From Abditibacterium sp. (GTDB lineage Bacteria > Armatimonadota > Abditibacteriia > Abditibacteriales > Abditibacteriaceae), in contig CBDASK010000003.1 of the NCBI GenBank assembly GCA_965199495.1, positions 2,944,001 through 3,008,000 on the forward strand: 64,000 nt of DNA. The letters run 5' to 3'. The notes beneath the pieces are model-generated. The model was not told where the DNA came from, searched no databases, and worked only from the letters and a program-made list of their open reading frames with translations. Shown in pieces: positions 38,818 to 48,792 of this stretch; position 1 is the stretch's first letter; every line of letters starts with the position of its first letter. The position numbers were made by a program, and so were the translations under genes.

Positions 38818-38967
38818 GGACTTACACATTCGGCAGGAACGCTGTGAACCGCGCGCGTCAGCAAGCGGGCCATAACGCCTTCGACAACGTGAAACTGTAG
38901 CTCCTCTTGCAACGGCCCGCTTGCTGACGCGCGCGGTTCACAGCGTTCCTGCCGAATGTGTAAGTCC
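38818..38967. mobile_element. Inverted-repeat element, family G (perfect 54-bp arms, 42-nt spacer)
   Basis: ggacttacacattcggcaggaacgctgtgaaccgcgcgcgtcagcaagcgggcc (38818-38871) and its exact reverse complement (38914-38967). Confidence 0.88.
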
Positions 38968-39002
38968 AAAAAACTTGCGCGGCGCGTTTCAACTCAAATT
39001 CC

Positions 39003-39842
39003 ATGACCAACCAACAATGGCAACTCGCCGCGCGCGCCCGCTTGCAAAACGCCGATCACGAAGAAGCCCACTCGACCGCGCGCCTGTTGCTCGATTGGGC
39101 GACGCAGAAAAAACACGCCGCCCTCACATCACCCGACGAAATTTTGGACGCCGAAACTCTGGCGAAATTGGAAAGCGCGCTACAAAAATTAGAAGCGCGC
39201 GTGCCGCTTCCGCATATCACCGGGCGCGCCAATTTTTACGGTTTGGAATTTGAAGTTTCGCCCGCGACCTTAATTCCGCGCCCCGAAACCGAGTTTTTGG
39301 TCGAAGCCGTGTTGTCTCGCTTGCCGCTCGATGCGCGAGTCGCCGATTTGGGCACGGGGAGCGGTGCTATCGCTATTACAATCGCGAAAATGCGGCCCGA
39401 TTGCCAGTTGTGGGCGACCGATATTTCGTCCGATGCGCTCGAAGTCGCGCGTCGCAACGCGACGTGGCTGCATGCGCCGGTGACGTTCTTGGCGGGCACG
39501 CCCGATTGGTTGATGCCGCTACAAACCTTGGCGCCGCTCGATGCGATTGTTTCCAATCCGCCTTATATTGCCGCCGCCGACCTTGAGAATTTACAAAGCG
39601 AAGTGCGCCTTTACGAACCGCGCGGCGCTCTCGACGGCGGAGTTGACGGCCTCGATTCCTACCGAATTTTCGCTGCCAACGCGCGCGATTTGTTGGCGAA
39701 AAACGGATTTTGCGCGCTGGAATTGGGCGACAATCAGTGGCAAAGCGTGCATCAATTATTCGTGGCAAATGGTTGGTCTGTCGAATCGGCGGTTTATGAT
39801 TTGCAAAACATCCCGCGCGTTTTGGTGGTGCGCCGCGCGTGA
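39003..39842 (+). CDS. prmC: Release factor glutamine methyltransferase
   Basis: PL.HITG..FYG, LIPRPETE, DLGTGSGAIA, SNPPYI, EP..ALDGG.DGL. Confidence 0.95.
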   Translation: MTNQQWQLAARARLQNADHEEAHSTARLLLDWATQKKHAALTSPDEILDAETLAKLESALQKLEARVPLPHITGRANFYGLEFEVSPATLIPRPETEFLVEAVLSRLPLDARVADLGTGSGAIAITIAKMRPDCQLWATDISSDALEVARRNATWLHAPVTFLAGTPDWLMPLQTLAPLDAIVSNPPYIAAADLENLQSEVRLYEPRGALDGGVDGLDSYRIFAANARDLLAKNGFCALELGDNQWQSVHQLFVANGWSVESAVYDLQNIPRVLVVRRA

Positions 39843-39881
39843 GATCGCGCGTCTGCGCCCCAATGAACCCCAAAAAATATC

Positions 39882-40385
39882 ATGAAAAAATACGATTCCG
39901 CTCCGCCGATGACCATTGATCCGGCCAAGACTTACACCGCGACTATCGAGACCAATCAGGGCACCATGACCGCCGAACTCTTCCCCGAAGACGCGCCGAT
40001 GACTGTGAATAACTTCGTTTTTCTGGCCAACGACGGCTTTTACGACGGCACGATTTTTCATCGCGTCATTCCCGGCTTTATGATTCAGGGCGGCGATCCA
40101 ACCGGCACCGGAAGCGGCGGCCCCGGCTATAAATTCAACAACGAGCCGGTCAAACGCCCTTACAATCGCGGCACTCTGGCGATGGCTAACGCTGGACGTA
40201 ACACCAACGGCTCGCAGTTCTTCATTATGCACGCCGATTATCCCCTACCTCCCGATTACACGATTTTCGGCAAGCTCACGTCGGGCGAAGACGTGTTGGA
40301 TAAAATCGCGAGCACCAAAACCGGCGCGCAAGACCGTCCGCGCGAAGAGCAGAAGATGATTAAAGTTACGGTCAAAGAATCGTAG
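39882..40385 (+). CDS. Cyclophilin-type peptidyl-prolyl isomerase
   Basis: AP.TVNNF, FYDG..FHRVI.GFMIQGGDP, MANAG.NTNGSQFFI. Confidence 0.96.
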   Translation: MKKYDSAPPMTIDPAKTYTATIETNQGTMTAELFPEDAPMTVNNFVFLANDGFYDGTIFHRVIPGFMIQGGDPTGTGSGGPGYKFNNEPVKRPYNRGTLAMANAGRNTNGSQFFIMHADYPLPPDYTIFGKLTSGEDVLDKIASTKTGAQDRPREEQKMIKVTVKES

Positions 40386-40395
40386 CATGGCTTTT

Positions 40396-40447
40396 GTAGC
40401 GACGCCGATTTACCACGTTTTAAGACGCGATAAATCGGCGTCTCTAC
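40396..40447. repeat. Collapsed/degenerate family A REP doublet
   Basis: gtagcgacgccgatttaccacgtttt + agacgcgataaatcggcgtctctac, spacer lost. Confidence 0.8.
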
Positions 40448-40455
40448 GTTTCAAA

Positions 40456-41064
40456 ATGAATCCCGAACTCGAACGTTGGACACGCAATTTCGCCGAAAGC
40501 GAATACTTTTATGGTCACGATCCCGGCCCCGTGTCTCGTCGCGCGGTGCGTTATCATCGTCCGTTAGTGAGAAAAAACCAAACCGCCAATGCGCTGGATG
40601 TCGGTTGCGGCGAAGGCCAAGATTTGCTTTTTCTGGCGCAACAGGATTACGACGCGACAGGTTTAGATTTTACGCAAACCGGTATCGCCAAAGCGCGCGC
40701 GATTGTGGAAGACAACGGGCAGCGCGCGAATTTGGTTCAGGCTGATATTCTCGATTGGACGAGCGACGCGCAATTTGATTTGGTTTTGGCCGTCAACTGC
40801 TTGCAATTTCTTGGAAGTGACGCTCCGCGTGCGCTCAACCGCGTTAAAGAATTGGTAAAACCCGGCGGCGTCATTGGCCTTTCGATGTTCGCGCGCGACG
40901 ATGCAGCCACGCCGCCCGTTGACGAGACAATTTATCGTTGGACTTTGGACGAACTTCAACTGAACTTTAGCGGCTGGCAACCGTTAGAAGCCGCGCGTTT
41001 GTGGCAGTGGAACGGCGAAAGTCCACAACCCTTCGTTACCTTAATCGCGCGAGCGCCTTTTTAA
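40456..41064 (+). CDS. Class I SAM-dependent methyltransferase (TehB-like)
   Basis: ALDVGCGEG.D..FLA, GLD, FDLVL, VKPGG. Confidence 0.88.
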   Translation: MNPELERWTRNFAESEYFYGHDPGPVSRRAVRYHRPLVRKNQTANALDVGCGEGQDLLFLAQQDYDATGLDFTQTGIAKARAIVEDNGQRANLVQADILDWTSDAQFDLVLAVNCLQFLGSDAPRALNRVKELVKPGGVIGLSMFARDDAATPPVDETIYRWTLDELQLNFSGWQPLEAARLWQWNGESPQPFVTLIARAPF

Positions 41065-41158
41065 AGGGGCAAGGGACAAGTGGCAGGGAACAAGGTGAAA
41101 ATGTCAAATTTGCATGATAGCGAAATTCTTGTCCCTTGTTTCCTGCCACTTGCCCCTT
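41064..41158. repeat. Inverted cluster of heptamer repeats (family H)
   Basis: ggggcaa gggacaa gtggcag ggaacaa mirrored by ttgtccc ttgtttc ctgccac ttgcccc. Confidence 0.8.
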
Positions 41159-41166
41159 AGAAACCC

Positions 41167-42075
41167 ATGTCCTACATTTTATGCGTTGACGATGAGCCTT
41201 CGATTTCGGCTCTAATCCAGCAAATCTTAAAGATGGCTGGACACGAAGTCGCCATCGCAAATGATGGCTTCGTGGCGCTAAAAATGGTGGCCGAGCGCGA
41301 ACCCGATCTCATCGTTTTAGATCGCTCGATGCCCGGCATGGACGGCATCGCGGTCTGCCGTGAAATCAAGGCCAACCCGTTTTTGTCGCGCGTGCCGATT
41401 TTGATTTTGACGGCTCTGGCGACGGTGGAATTTAAAGTCGAAGGTTTCGAGGCGGGCGCCGACGATTATTTGGTCAAACCGTTCGACCCGCGCGAACTGA
41501 CAGCGCGCGTCGGTTCGCTCTTGCGTTTGGTCGCGCGCGAGGGCGACCGCAATCCGTCGTCGGGCTTGCCGGGCGGACGTGCCATTGCCGCCGAAATCGA
41601 AGGCCGCGTCGCGCGCGGCGAAAGTGGCGCCGTGGTTTATATTGATATAGATAGTTTCAAGCCGTTCGCCGATACCTTTGGTTTCGCGGCGGCGGACGAA
41701 GTGATTACCGCGACCGGCAAATTGCTGGGCGAAATCGTCGCCCCCTGCGGCGACTTCGCCGGACACATCGGCGGCGACGATTTTCTGTTGGTCTGCGCCA
41801 CCGAACGCGCTCGTTCTTTAGCTCAGGAAGCCGCGCAAAGTTTCACACCCATCGTCGCGCACGCCGTCGGCCCAGAAAACGCCGAGCGCGGCACTTTTAG
41901 CGGATTGGGCCGCGACGGCCACATGCGCCAGTTCAAATTAGCGAGTTTGACTTCGGTTATCGTGCCGATTGATCCGAAGCATTGGGTTTCTGTCGCCCAT
42001 CTGGGCGAAGCGGCGGCGACATGGAAGTTAGCCGCCAAATCGAACGGCGGCGGTCGAATTGTCGAGGCGCGTTGA
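41167..42075 (+). CDS. Response regulator with GGDEF-like domain
   Basis: REC domain (DDE, D..MPGMDG, KPF); NP.SGLPG, DIDSFK, HIGGDDF. Confidence 0.9.
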   Translation: MSYILCVDDEPSISALIQQILKMAGHEVAIANDGFVALKMVAEREPDLIVLDRSMPGMDGIAVCREIKANPFLSRVPILILTALATVEFKVEGFEAGADDYLVKPFDPRELTARVGSLLRLVAREGDRNPSSGLPGGRAIAAEIEGRVARGESGAVVYIDIDSFKPFADTFGFAAADEVITATGKLLGEIVAPCGDFAGHIGGDDFLLVCATERARSLAQEAAQSFTPIVAHAVGPENAERGTFSGLGRDGHMRQFKLASLTSVIVPIDPKHWVSVAHLGEAAATWKLAAKSNGGGRIVEAR

Positions 42076-42077
42076 AC

Positions 42078-42818
42078 ATGAATGCGCCCGTTCAAAAAAT
42101 TATGTCGATTCAAAAAATCCGCTTTTCCAAATTGGTGATGTTTTCTACCGCTGTCGTTCTGCTCATTGGTCTTGCTACCGCAGGCAAAACTCAAGATGAA
42201 ACAGCCAGCGCGCAAGAAAGCGAGGTTGCTCCCCAGATTATTCTCGCGGTGCCAAATTTCAAAGGTGCCTCAGACAGAGAAGTCGCACGTTTGATAGATA
42301 GCGTGGAAGAGCAGCAAAATTTCATTCGCCGCACTCTTTTAGAGCAGTTACGGGATAAAAATCTCTCGCCTTTTGCTCGGACACAAGCTATTTTTCTCCT
42401 CAGCAATTTTTCACCAGACGATGAAACGATACTTGTCTTGGTTCACAATATGAACATGATTGGTGTTCGTGCCTCTGGTGATACAAGCTTTGCTGCAAGT
42501 CCATTCGTTGGTTTTTTCGCGCGTGGCGTATTGGCTCGCATGGGAATTCCGGTAGAAAGAAAAATATTGGAAATTATCAACACGCAGCGTCCTACTGAAA
42601 CGGAATTGAAAGAGAATCCCTACCTCAGTTCATATAGTTTCGATCCATCCGAAACGGAAGGATTCGCCGATGTGCTAACCCAAATCGAGGGCAAAGAGAG
42701 CGCACTTTTAAAACTACAAGATGGGCAGACCAAAGCCAAAATTCCGACGATTAAAGCTCAGTTCCAAGCGGTTATTGAAGTTGTAAAAAAAGGTGCAGCG
42801 CGACCGTTCAATTACTGA
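42078..42818 (+). CDS. Hypothetical exported protein (lower GC)
   Basis: Signal-like N-terminus; AT-richer codon usage. Confidence 0.65.
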   Translation: MNAPVQKIMSIQKIRFSKLVMFSTAVVLLIGLATAGKTQDETASAQESEVAPQIILAVPNFKGASDREVARLIDSVEEQQNFIRRTLLEQLRDKNLSPFARTQAIFLLSNFSPDDETILVLVHNMNMIGVRASGDTSFAASPFVGFFARGVLARMGIPVERKILEIINTQRPTETELKENPYLSSYSFDPSETEGFADVLTQIEGKESALLKLQDGQTKAKIPTIKAQFQAVIEVVKKGAARPFNY

Positions 42819-42874
42819 GCTTTTTCGATTTGAGCCGTTGTTGAAGTCGCGCGCTTTTCTAAACTTCTCGACCG

Positions 42875-43528
42875 ATGCCCGTTTTCGATTGGCAGCCGCT
42901 GCAACTTTCGTTAAAGGTCGCGTTGGGCGCCCTAATTCTCTGCTTTCCCCTCGGCGTGGCTGCGGCGCGCGCCATGAGCGGGCGGCACTTCCCGTTCAAA
43001 GATTGGCTCGAAGCAATTCTGTTGTTACCGCTGGTTTTGCCGCCGGTCGTGACCGGATTTGCATTATTAATAATTCTCGGCAAACGCGGGCCGCTTTTCG
43101 ATTTGCGCTTGCTGTTCACGCCGTGGGCGGCGGTCTTGGCGAGCGCGGTTGTGGCGTTTCCGCTCGTTTATCAAAGTGCGCGCGCGGCGTTTGCTTCGCG
43201 CTCGGACGAACTCGAAATGGTGGCGCGCTGTCTGGGCGCCTCGAAAGTGCGCGCATTTTGGACGATTGCTTTGCCGCTCGCGTGGCCCGGTTTGGCGGCG
43301 GGCGCGGTGTTGGCGTTCGCGCGCGCGTTGGGCGAGTTTGGCGCGACGGTGATGGTCGCGGGCAACGTCGCAGGTCGCACCTTGACGGCGCCAGTCGCGA
43401 TTTATTTCGCCGCCAATGACGGCGATACAGCCACGGCGGGCATCTACGCGGCAATTTTGGCGCTTTTCAATTTGTTATTCTTAATCGGCCTGAACGTCTA
43501 CCGGCGCCGCGCTTCTAACCTTCGATGA
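42875..43528 (+). CDS. modB: Molybdate ABC transporter permease
   Basis: LSLKVA, LPLVLPPVVTGF, FARALGEFGAT..VAGN. Confidence 0.95.
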   Translation: MPVFDWQPLQLSLKVALGALILCFPLGVAAARAMSGRHFPFKDWLEAILLLPLVLPPVVTGFALLIILGKRGPLFDLRLLFTPWAAVLASAVVAFPLVYQSARAAFASRSDELEMVARCLGASKVRAFWTIALPLAWPGLAAGAVLAFARALGEFGATVMVAGNVAGRTLTAPVAIYFAANDGDTATAGIYAAILALFNLLFLIGLNVYRRRASNLR

Positions 43529-44268
43529 TTCGTCCTCTATCTCAAAACGCGCTTTTAATTGGCGCATTATTGGTTTTCACTTCGTTCGCGCACGCCGGAG
43601 ACATCACTGTTTCGGGCGCGGCCAGTTTGAAAGATGCTCTCAAAGAAATTGGCGGTTTATATCAAAAGTCGCATCCGCAAGCGAAAGTTAATTTCAACTT
43701 CGGCTCGTCGGGCACGCTGCAAAAGCAGATCGAAAACGGCGCGCCAGTTGACGTTTTCGTCGCGGCTTCGCAACTCAATCTCGACGCGTTATTGAAGCAA
43801 AACTTGGCCGACAAACACGCGAACTTCGGTTTCGCGCGCGGCGAGCTGGTTCTCATCGCGCCGCGCGATTCGAGTTTGCGCGATTTGGCGGGCGTCCAAA
43901 ACGTGCGCAATTTCGCCATCGGTGGGCCGGGCGTTCCGGCGGGCAACTACGCGCGCGCGGCGTTGCGTTGGTATCATTTGGACGCAATCGTCGCGCCCAA
44001 ATTGGTTTATGGCAAAGACGTGCGCGGCGTATTGCAACTGGTCGCGAGCGGCAACGCCGACGCCGGTTTGGTCTATCGCACCGACGCGCTGATTTCGCGC
44101 GATGTCAAAATCGTCAGCGTGCTTTCGCCGCGCTCGCACGCGCCGATTCGCTATCCGATGGCGCTGCTAAACAACGCGCCCAACGCGCGCGAAGGCCGCG
44201 ATTTCGTGCGGTTTTGCAAGAGCGCGGCAGTCAAAGCGATTTTGCGGAAATATGGTTTTGGCGCGTGA
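43525..44268 (+). CDS. modA: Molybdate ABC transporter substrate-binding protein
   Basis: AASLKDA, FGSSG.L..QIE.GAP.DVF, VPAG.YA, DAG.VY.TD, I.YP. Confidence 0.95.
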   Translation: MIRPLSQNALLIGALLVFTSFAHAGDITVSGAASLKDALKEIGGLYQKSHPQAKVNFNFGSSGTLQKQIENGAPVDVFVAASQLNLDALLKQNLADKHANFGFARGELVLIAPRDSSLRDLAGVQNVRNFAIGGPGVPAGNYARAALRWYHLDAIVAPKLVYGKDVRGVLQLVASGNADAGLVYRTDALISRDVKIVSVLSPRSHAPIRYPMALLNNAPNAREGRDFVRFCKSAAVKAILRKYGFGA

Positions 44269-44293
44269 GTTTGGTTGGGCGCTGAGGGGCATA

Positions 44294-44448
44294 ATTTCGC
44301 ACGAATGAATTCGGCGCTGTTCGGCTAAAGCCAAATGTCCACCTGCGTGGACAAATAAGAAGGTTCTTCTACGGAGAAATCGCGATTCTGTCCACGCAGG
44401 TGGACATTTGGTTTTAGCCGAACAGCGCCGAATTCATTCGTGCGAAAT
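44294..44448. repeat. Inverted-repeat element, family D (60-bp arms)
   Basis: atttcgcacgaatgaattcggcgctgttcggctaaagccaaatgtccacctgcgtggaca and its reverse complement, one mismatch. Confidence 0.9.
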
Positions 44449-44537
44449 ACCATGAAGGCGGATGAGAAAAAACCAATCGCGTCCCCTTTGCGTTTTCTTC
44501 GTGCCCGCCGTGGCTCATTGAAACTAAACTTTGGGCG

Positions 44538-44906
44538 ATGCCTTTATTTGAATACGTCTGTCGCGATTGCGACAAGCGATTTACCCACATGAGCGGCGTT
44601 GTGGCGCACGAAAAAGCGCCGCAGTGTCCGCGTTGCCATTCGGTTGAACTGCGCAAACTGATTTCGCGCGTCACGCGCGGGCGCAGCGACGATGCGCGCA
44701 TGGATTCCATCGCCGACAAATTGGAATCGCAGGATTTCGACGACCCGCGCCAGTTGCGCCGTTTCGCGCGCGAAATGGGACGCGAAATGGGCGCCGAAAC
44801 CGGCGAGGATTTGAGCGACGAAATGGAAGCGATGATCGAAGCCGAAGCCAATGGCGACGCGGGCACAAGTAATGGAGGCAGTTCTGACGATGGCACGATT
44901 TATTAA
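44538..44906 (+). CDS. FmdB family zinc ribbon protein
   Basis: MPLFEYVCRDC...F...CPRCHS..L.KLIS. Confidence 0.9.
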   Translation: MPLFEYVCRDCDKRFTHMSGVVAHEKAPQCPRCHSVELRKLISRVTRGRSDDARMDSIADKLESQDFDDPRQLRRFAREMGREMGAETGEDLSDEMEAMIEAEANGDAGTSNGGSSDDGTIY

Positions 44907-46434
44907 ATTTTTATTCGGCGCGATTACAGCCGCGACCTTATGTTTGGCGATTCCCGCGACGGCGCAACCGCAAGTAGACGCCAACACTTCGCTCAACGAG
45001 ATGTTGCAGGCGCCCGACCAGCCGTTGCAACGCTTCTTCGCTTCGACCGATCCCAAAGGCAATAACGAAGATTACGTCACGATTGCGCCCGGCAAAACCG
45101 TGGCGCTCGACTTGACGCCGGGCACGCTGGAACGATTGTGGTCAACGGCGGGCGACATTCAAACCAACGATTTTCCGCAAGCGTTCGATCTGGCGCTGAT
45201 GACCGAGCCACGCCGCACCGTGCCGCTACTTTCCAACGGCGTGGCTGCGGTTGGTTTGCTTGAATCGAAGGCGTTTACTCTGACGCCCGAACTGAAATAT
45301 CCTTCGCTCAACACCATCAAAAATGGCGGCAAACTCATCGCGACTAATCGGGGCAAAAATCCGATTAAATGGTATTATCAAGTCACGATTCGTCCACCTT
45401 TGCTCAAGCTGTTGCCGGTTTTGCCAAAGGTCAGCGAAGTCGCCAAAAACCAGTTCACGCTGAAATTGGCGGCGGGACAAACCGGACTTATCAACGAGTG
45501 GAAAGACCCCGGCATGATTTACGAATTGCAGGTGGCTGTTGATACTGGCAGCGCCAAAGGCATCTTCGAGAAGTTGCGATTGCGCTGCGAATGGGAAGGC
45601 CAAGTCGGCGTTGACGTGCCGCTGATGAGCCTGACCGGTCAGGTCGCGGGCGACGAATTTATCTCCAACGCGGTCTGCGATTACGACGGCGCGCGTCTGC
45701 TGTTGAAATGGCCGATGCCGTTCAAAAGCGCGAAATTAAGTCTGGTCAACGAAACCGGCAAAGATTTGGATTTGGACGTGATGACGCGCGTGCAAACCTA
45801 CGACACCGAGCCGTCGGAGTTTCGTTTTTGCGCCGTCGAAAAATCGGCGACGCCGGTCAAAGGCGAGCCGGTTCCGATCTTGAAATTGAACGGGCAGGGC
45901 GCGTTCGTCGGGTTAGCTTTGGACATCAAAGCCGGGCCAGATTCGCGGCGCCGGACGTTTGGGTTTCTCGAAGGTAACGAAATCATCACCGCCGACGGCG
46001 AACGATTGGAAGGCACGGGAACCGAAGATTATTTCAGTTCGGCGTGGTATTATCCCGACAAACCATTCTTCCATCCGTTCGAGGGGCTGACGCGCAAAAC
46101 GACAACACCGCTCGAAGTTGCGGCCTACCGTTTTATGATTCCTGATGCGGTGCCGTTTCGCCGCGAACTCAAGTTCGATTTCGAGCATGGCAATGGTAAC
46201 AACGCGCCGGATATGCAGTGGAATTGGGTCGCGTTCTGGTATCAAAAGCCGCCGCTCAGCGCCACGCTGGAAAGTTCGGGTGACGGCAACGCGGTCGCGG
46301 CGCAACCCGGTTCGAGCGCGGATACGCCAATTATCGGCAACGACAAATGGAAATTGTGGCTTTCGGTTGGCGCGGGTGTGTTGTTAGGTTTGGGCGCGGC
46401 GCTGTTTCGTCGTATGCGGCGACGCAAGAGTTGA
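44890..46434 (+). CDS. DUF2961 (GH172-like) exported protein with C-terminal membrane anchor
   Basis: Signal peptide; G.N.DY, EGNE...DG...GTGTEDYF..AWY, YRF.I.D.VPF, EHG; TM helix + RRMRRRKS. Confidence 0.8.
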   Translation: MARFIKFLFGAITAATLCLAIPATAQPQVDANTSLNEMLQAPDQPLQRFFASTDPKGNNEDYVTIAPGKTVALDLTPGTLERLWSTAGDIQTNDFPQAFDLALMTEPRRTVPLLSNGVAAVGLLESKAFTLTPELKYPSLNTIKNGGKLIATNRGKNPIKWYYQVTIRPPLLKLLPVLPKVSEVAKNQFTLKLAAGQTGLINEWKDPGMIYELQVAVDTGSAKGIFEKLRLRCEWEGQVGVDVPLMSLTGQVAGDEFISNAVCDYDGARLLLKWPMPFKSAKLSLVNETGKDLDLDVMTRVQTYDTEPSEFRFCAVEKSATPVKGEPVPILKLNGQGAFVGLALDIKAGPDSRRRTFGFLEGNEIITADGERLEGTGTEDYFSSAWYYPDKPFFHPFEGLTRKTTTPLEVAAYRFMIPDAVPFRRELKFDFEHGNGNNAPDMQWNWVAFWYQKPPLSATLESSGDGNAVAAQPGSSADTPIIGNDKWKLWLSVGAGVLLGLGAALFRRMRRRKS

Positions 46435-46537
46435 AAGCAATTTCGACTCACCCTCACACCCCCTCTGTCTTTCGGAGGGGGAGATGTCCGAAGGACAGAG
46501 GGGGGGTGAGGGTGAGTCGAAATTGCTTTGAAACTCT
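46427..46537. mobile_element. Internally deleted family B element between convergent genes
   Basis: aaagcaatttcgactcaccctcacaccccctctgtc...ttcggagggggagatgtccgaaggacagagggggggtgagggtgagtcgaaattgcttt. Confidence 0.85.
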
Positions 46538-47504
46538 AAAAATGCGTCCACGCTTGACCAAACTCGCGCGCCTGTCCATTCTCCAAAACCCGCACTTCGC
46601 CCGCACCAACCACGGCGTGGCCAACCGGCGTGAGTTCGCCCGCGAATTCGGGCGCCACGCACAGGCAGAGTTCGTAATCTTCGCCACCCGATAACGCCCA
46701 ATCTATCGCCGAAACGCCTGCCGCGTTTGCGGCGATGCGACACGCCGGAGAAATCGGCACCTGTTCCACGTCAATTTCGATGTCTACGCCCGACGCGCGC
46801 GCGATGTGCGCGGCGTCGCCCGCCAGACCGTCGCTCAAATCTAAACCCGCGTGAATCATCGCGCGATTAAAGCGCATCAAACGCTCGATTTCGCCTAAAC
46901 GCGGCGCCGGTTGATGATGGCGCCCCAACAAGTGCGCGCGCGTGGCTGCATCTACAGCTAAGTCGGGTTGGTTCAGCAACGCCAGACCCGCCGCGCTGTC
47001 GCCCAAATCGCCGGTGACGCAAACGATGTCGCCGACGCGCGCGCCGCTTCGCGTAAGCGGTTGACCCAACGCTTCGGGCATTAAATCACCGATTAAAGTA
47101 ACGGAGATAAAAATCAAAGGCGCGCTCGTCATGTCGCCGCCCGCGATGGTAAATTCGTATTGCGCGGCCAAACTTTCCATGCCCGCGTAAAGTTGTTCGA
47201 TCCATTCGCTCGAACAATCGCGCGGTAGCGCGAGGGCGATAAATGCCGCGACGGGACGGGCGCCCATCGCGGCCAAATCGGATAAATTGACCGCCAACGA
47301 TTTGACGCCAAGCGCGAACGGCGAACTCCAATCGCGCCGAAAATGCACGTTTTCGACCAGAGCATCGGTCGTGACAATCGGATGGACCAGCGCCGCGAGA
47401 AGCGCGCCATCGTCGCCGATGCCGATTTGAGTTCCGGCACGCGTGGCCAAACCTTGGTGAAGATGGGCAATCAGGCCAAACTCGCCGCGTTGTGAAACGT
47501 TCAT
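46536..47504 (-). CDS. thiL: Thiamine-monophosphate kinase
   Basis: GEFGLI, GIGDD, TTD.LVE.VHF, NLSDLAAMGA.P, GGD, RSGA..GD, DLSDGL, GGEDYEL. Confidence 0.95.
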   Translation of the reverse strand: MNVSQRGEFGLIAHLHQGLATRAGTQIGIGDDGALLAALVHPIVTTDALVENVHFRRDWSSPFALGVKSLAVNLSDLAAMGARPVAAFIALALPRDCSSEWIEQLYAGMESLAAQYEFTIAGGDMTSAPLIFISVTLIGDLMPEALGQPLTRSGARVGDIVCVTGDLGDSAAGLALLNQPDLAVDAATRAHLLGRHHQPAPRLGEIERLMRFNRAMIHAGLDLSDGLAGDAAHIARASGVDIEIDVEQVPISPACRIAANAAGVSAIDWALSGGEDYELCLCVAPEFAGELTPVGHAVVGAGEVRVLENGQAREFGQAWTHF

Positions 47505-47519
47505 AACTTTCAAAGAAAA

Positions 47520-48045
47520 ATGCAATCGAATCCTGAAACGACCAATTACGACGCTTTGCAGGTGCCCGGCGAACCGGGCGTATTGGTTTTGCGCGCGCCA
47601 TCCCAACACGCAAACGTGTTTGCGATGCGGGCGTTGCGAAAAACCGATTTGTCCCAAGTGCACCAATATGGGGCCGGTCGGCGCGCGTTGCCGCGATTGT
47701 CTGTCCAATCGCGGCTCGCACATCTATCAAGTCGGCGCGCCGCAGTTGCTCATGTCGTTTGGCGCGGGCGCCGTCATGGGCGCGATAGGCGCGGTTTTGG
47801 TGGACGTTTTGGGCACGCTGGCGCTGTTCGCATTGTTTTATGCGCCCACGCTTGGCCCGATTTTGGGCAAGTTCGTGACGCGCATGACCAAAGGCAAACG
47901 AGGGCCGCTCCTGGCAGCAGCCACGAGCGCGGGCATCGCGTTCGGCGCACTGGGTTTGGGCGCGTTTACCGGCACGATTTTTAATCCATTTCTGTGGATT
48001 ATGATCGTCATCGCCATTGTCGGCGTGTGGCTGTTTTTGCGCTAA
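47520..48045 (+). pseudogene. B-box-like zinc finger membrane protein with apparent frameshift near 47583
   Basis: ATG frame MQSNPE...GEPGV must shift +1 to reach WFCARHPNTQTCLRCGRCEKPICPKC...CRDC and four TM helices. Confidence 0.65.
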
Positions 48046-48064
48046 TACTCCCACTTAACTCCCG

Positions 48065-48781
48065 ATGATTCCGCTCAAAATTCTGCCCGGCTCCAAAGTC
48101 ACGCCTTACTTGACGTGGATTGTGGTGGCGCTCAACGTGGCGGCGTTCGCGGTGCAGATGTGGTTGCGCTATTTCGCCAATTTCGATTTGGCGGCGGGCC
48201 TGGGCGAGGTGCCGCGTTGTTTGTTCGCGCCCGATGCGTGCGGCATTGCGGGTGAGTTGGCGACGCGTGCCAACTGGTTTTCGCCGCTTTATTCGCTGTT
48301 TCTGCACGCCGATATTCTGCATCTGGGCTTCAATATGCTGTTTTTGCTGGTCTTTGGAGGCGCGCTCGAAGCCGAATTGGGCCGCGTGCGTTGGATGCTC
48401 TGCTACTTTTACGGCGGCTTAGTCGCGATGTTGTGTCACGCGGTTTTCTCGCCGACATCGCTGGTGCCGGTCATCGGCGCATCGGGCGCCATCGCGGCTT
48501 TGCTGGGCGCGGCTTTGGTGCGCATGGCCAAAACGTGGGTTTTGACTTACGTGCCGCCGATCTGGTTTTTGCCGTTGCCCGCGCCGCTATTTTTGGTGAT
48601 TTGGCTGGCGGCGCAGATGTCGGGTTTGTGGGGCCAGCTCACCGTCGCCAGCGCCTCGCAGGGCGGCGGCATCGCGTGGATGGCGCATCTGGGCGGCTTC
48701 GCATTTGGTGCGCTTTATGGATGGCGCACGCGCAAAAATGGGGCGAAAAAATTGGAAAAACCGGCGCCGATTGCGATTTAA
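48065..48781 (+). CDS. Rhomboid family intramembrane serine protease
   Basis: FLH..ILHL.FNM, GASGAI, AW.AHLGGF..G. Confidence 0.94.
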   Translation: MIPLKILPGSKVTPYLTWIVVALNVAAFAVQMWLRYFANFDLAAGLGEVPRCLFAPDACGIAGELATRANWFSPLYSLFLHADILHLGFNMLFLLVFGGALEAELGRVRWMLCYFYGGLVAMLCHAVFSPTSLVPVIGASGAIAALLGAALVRMAKTWVLTYVPPIWFLPLPAPLFLVIWLAAQMSGLWGQLTVASASQGGGIAWMAHLGGFAFGALYGWRTRKNGAKKLEKPAPIAI

Positions 48782-48792
48782 TTATCGCGCGT

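Noticed and set aside
42819..42874. Moco riboswitch before modB (and TPP riboswitch before thiL)
   Set aside because: Intergenic gaps of 56 nt and 15 nt are too short, and no consensus motifs were seen
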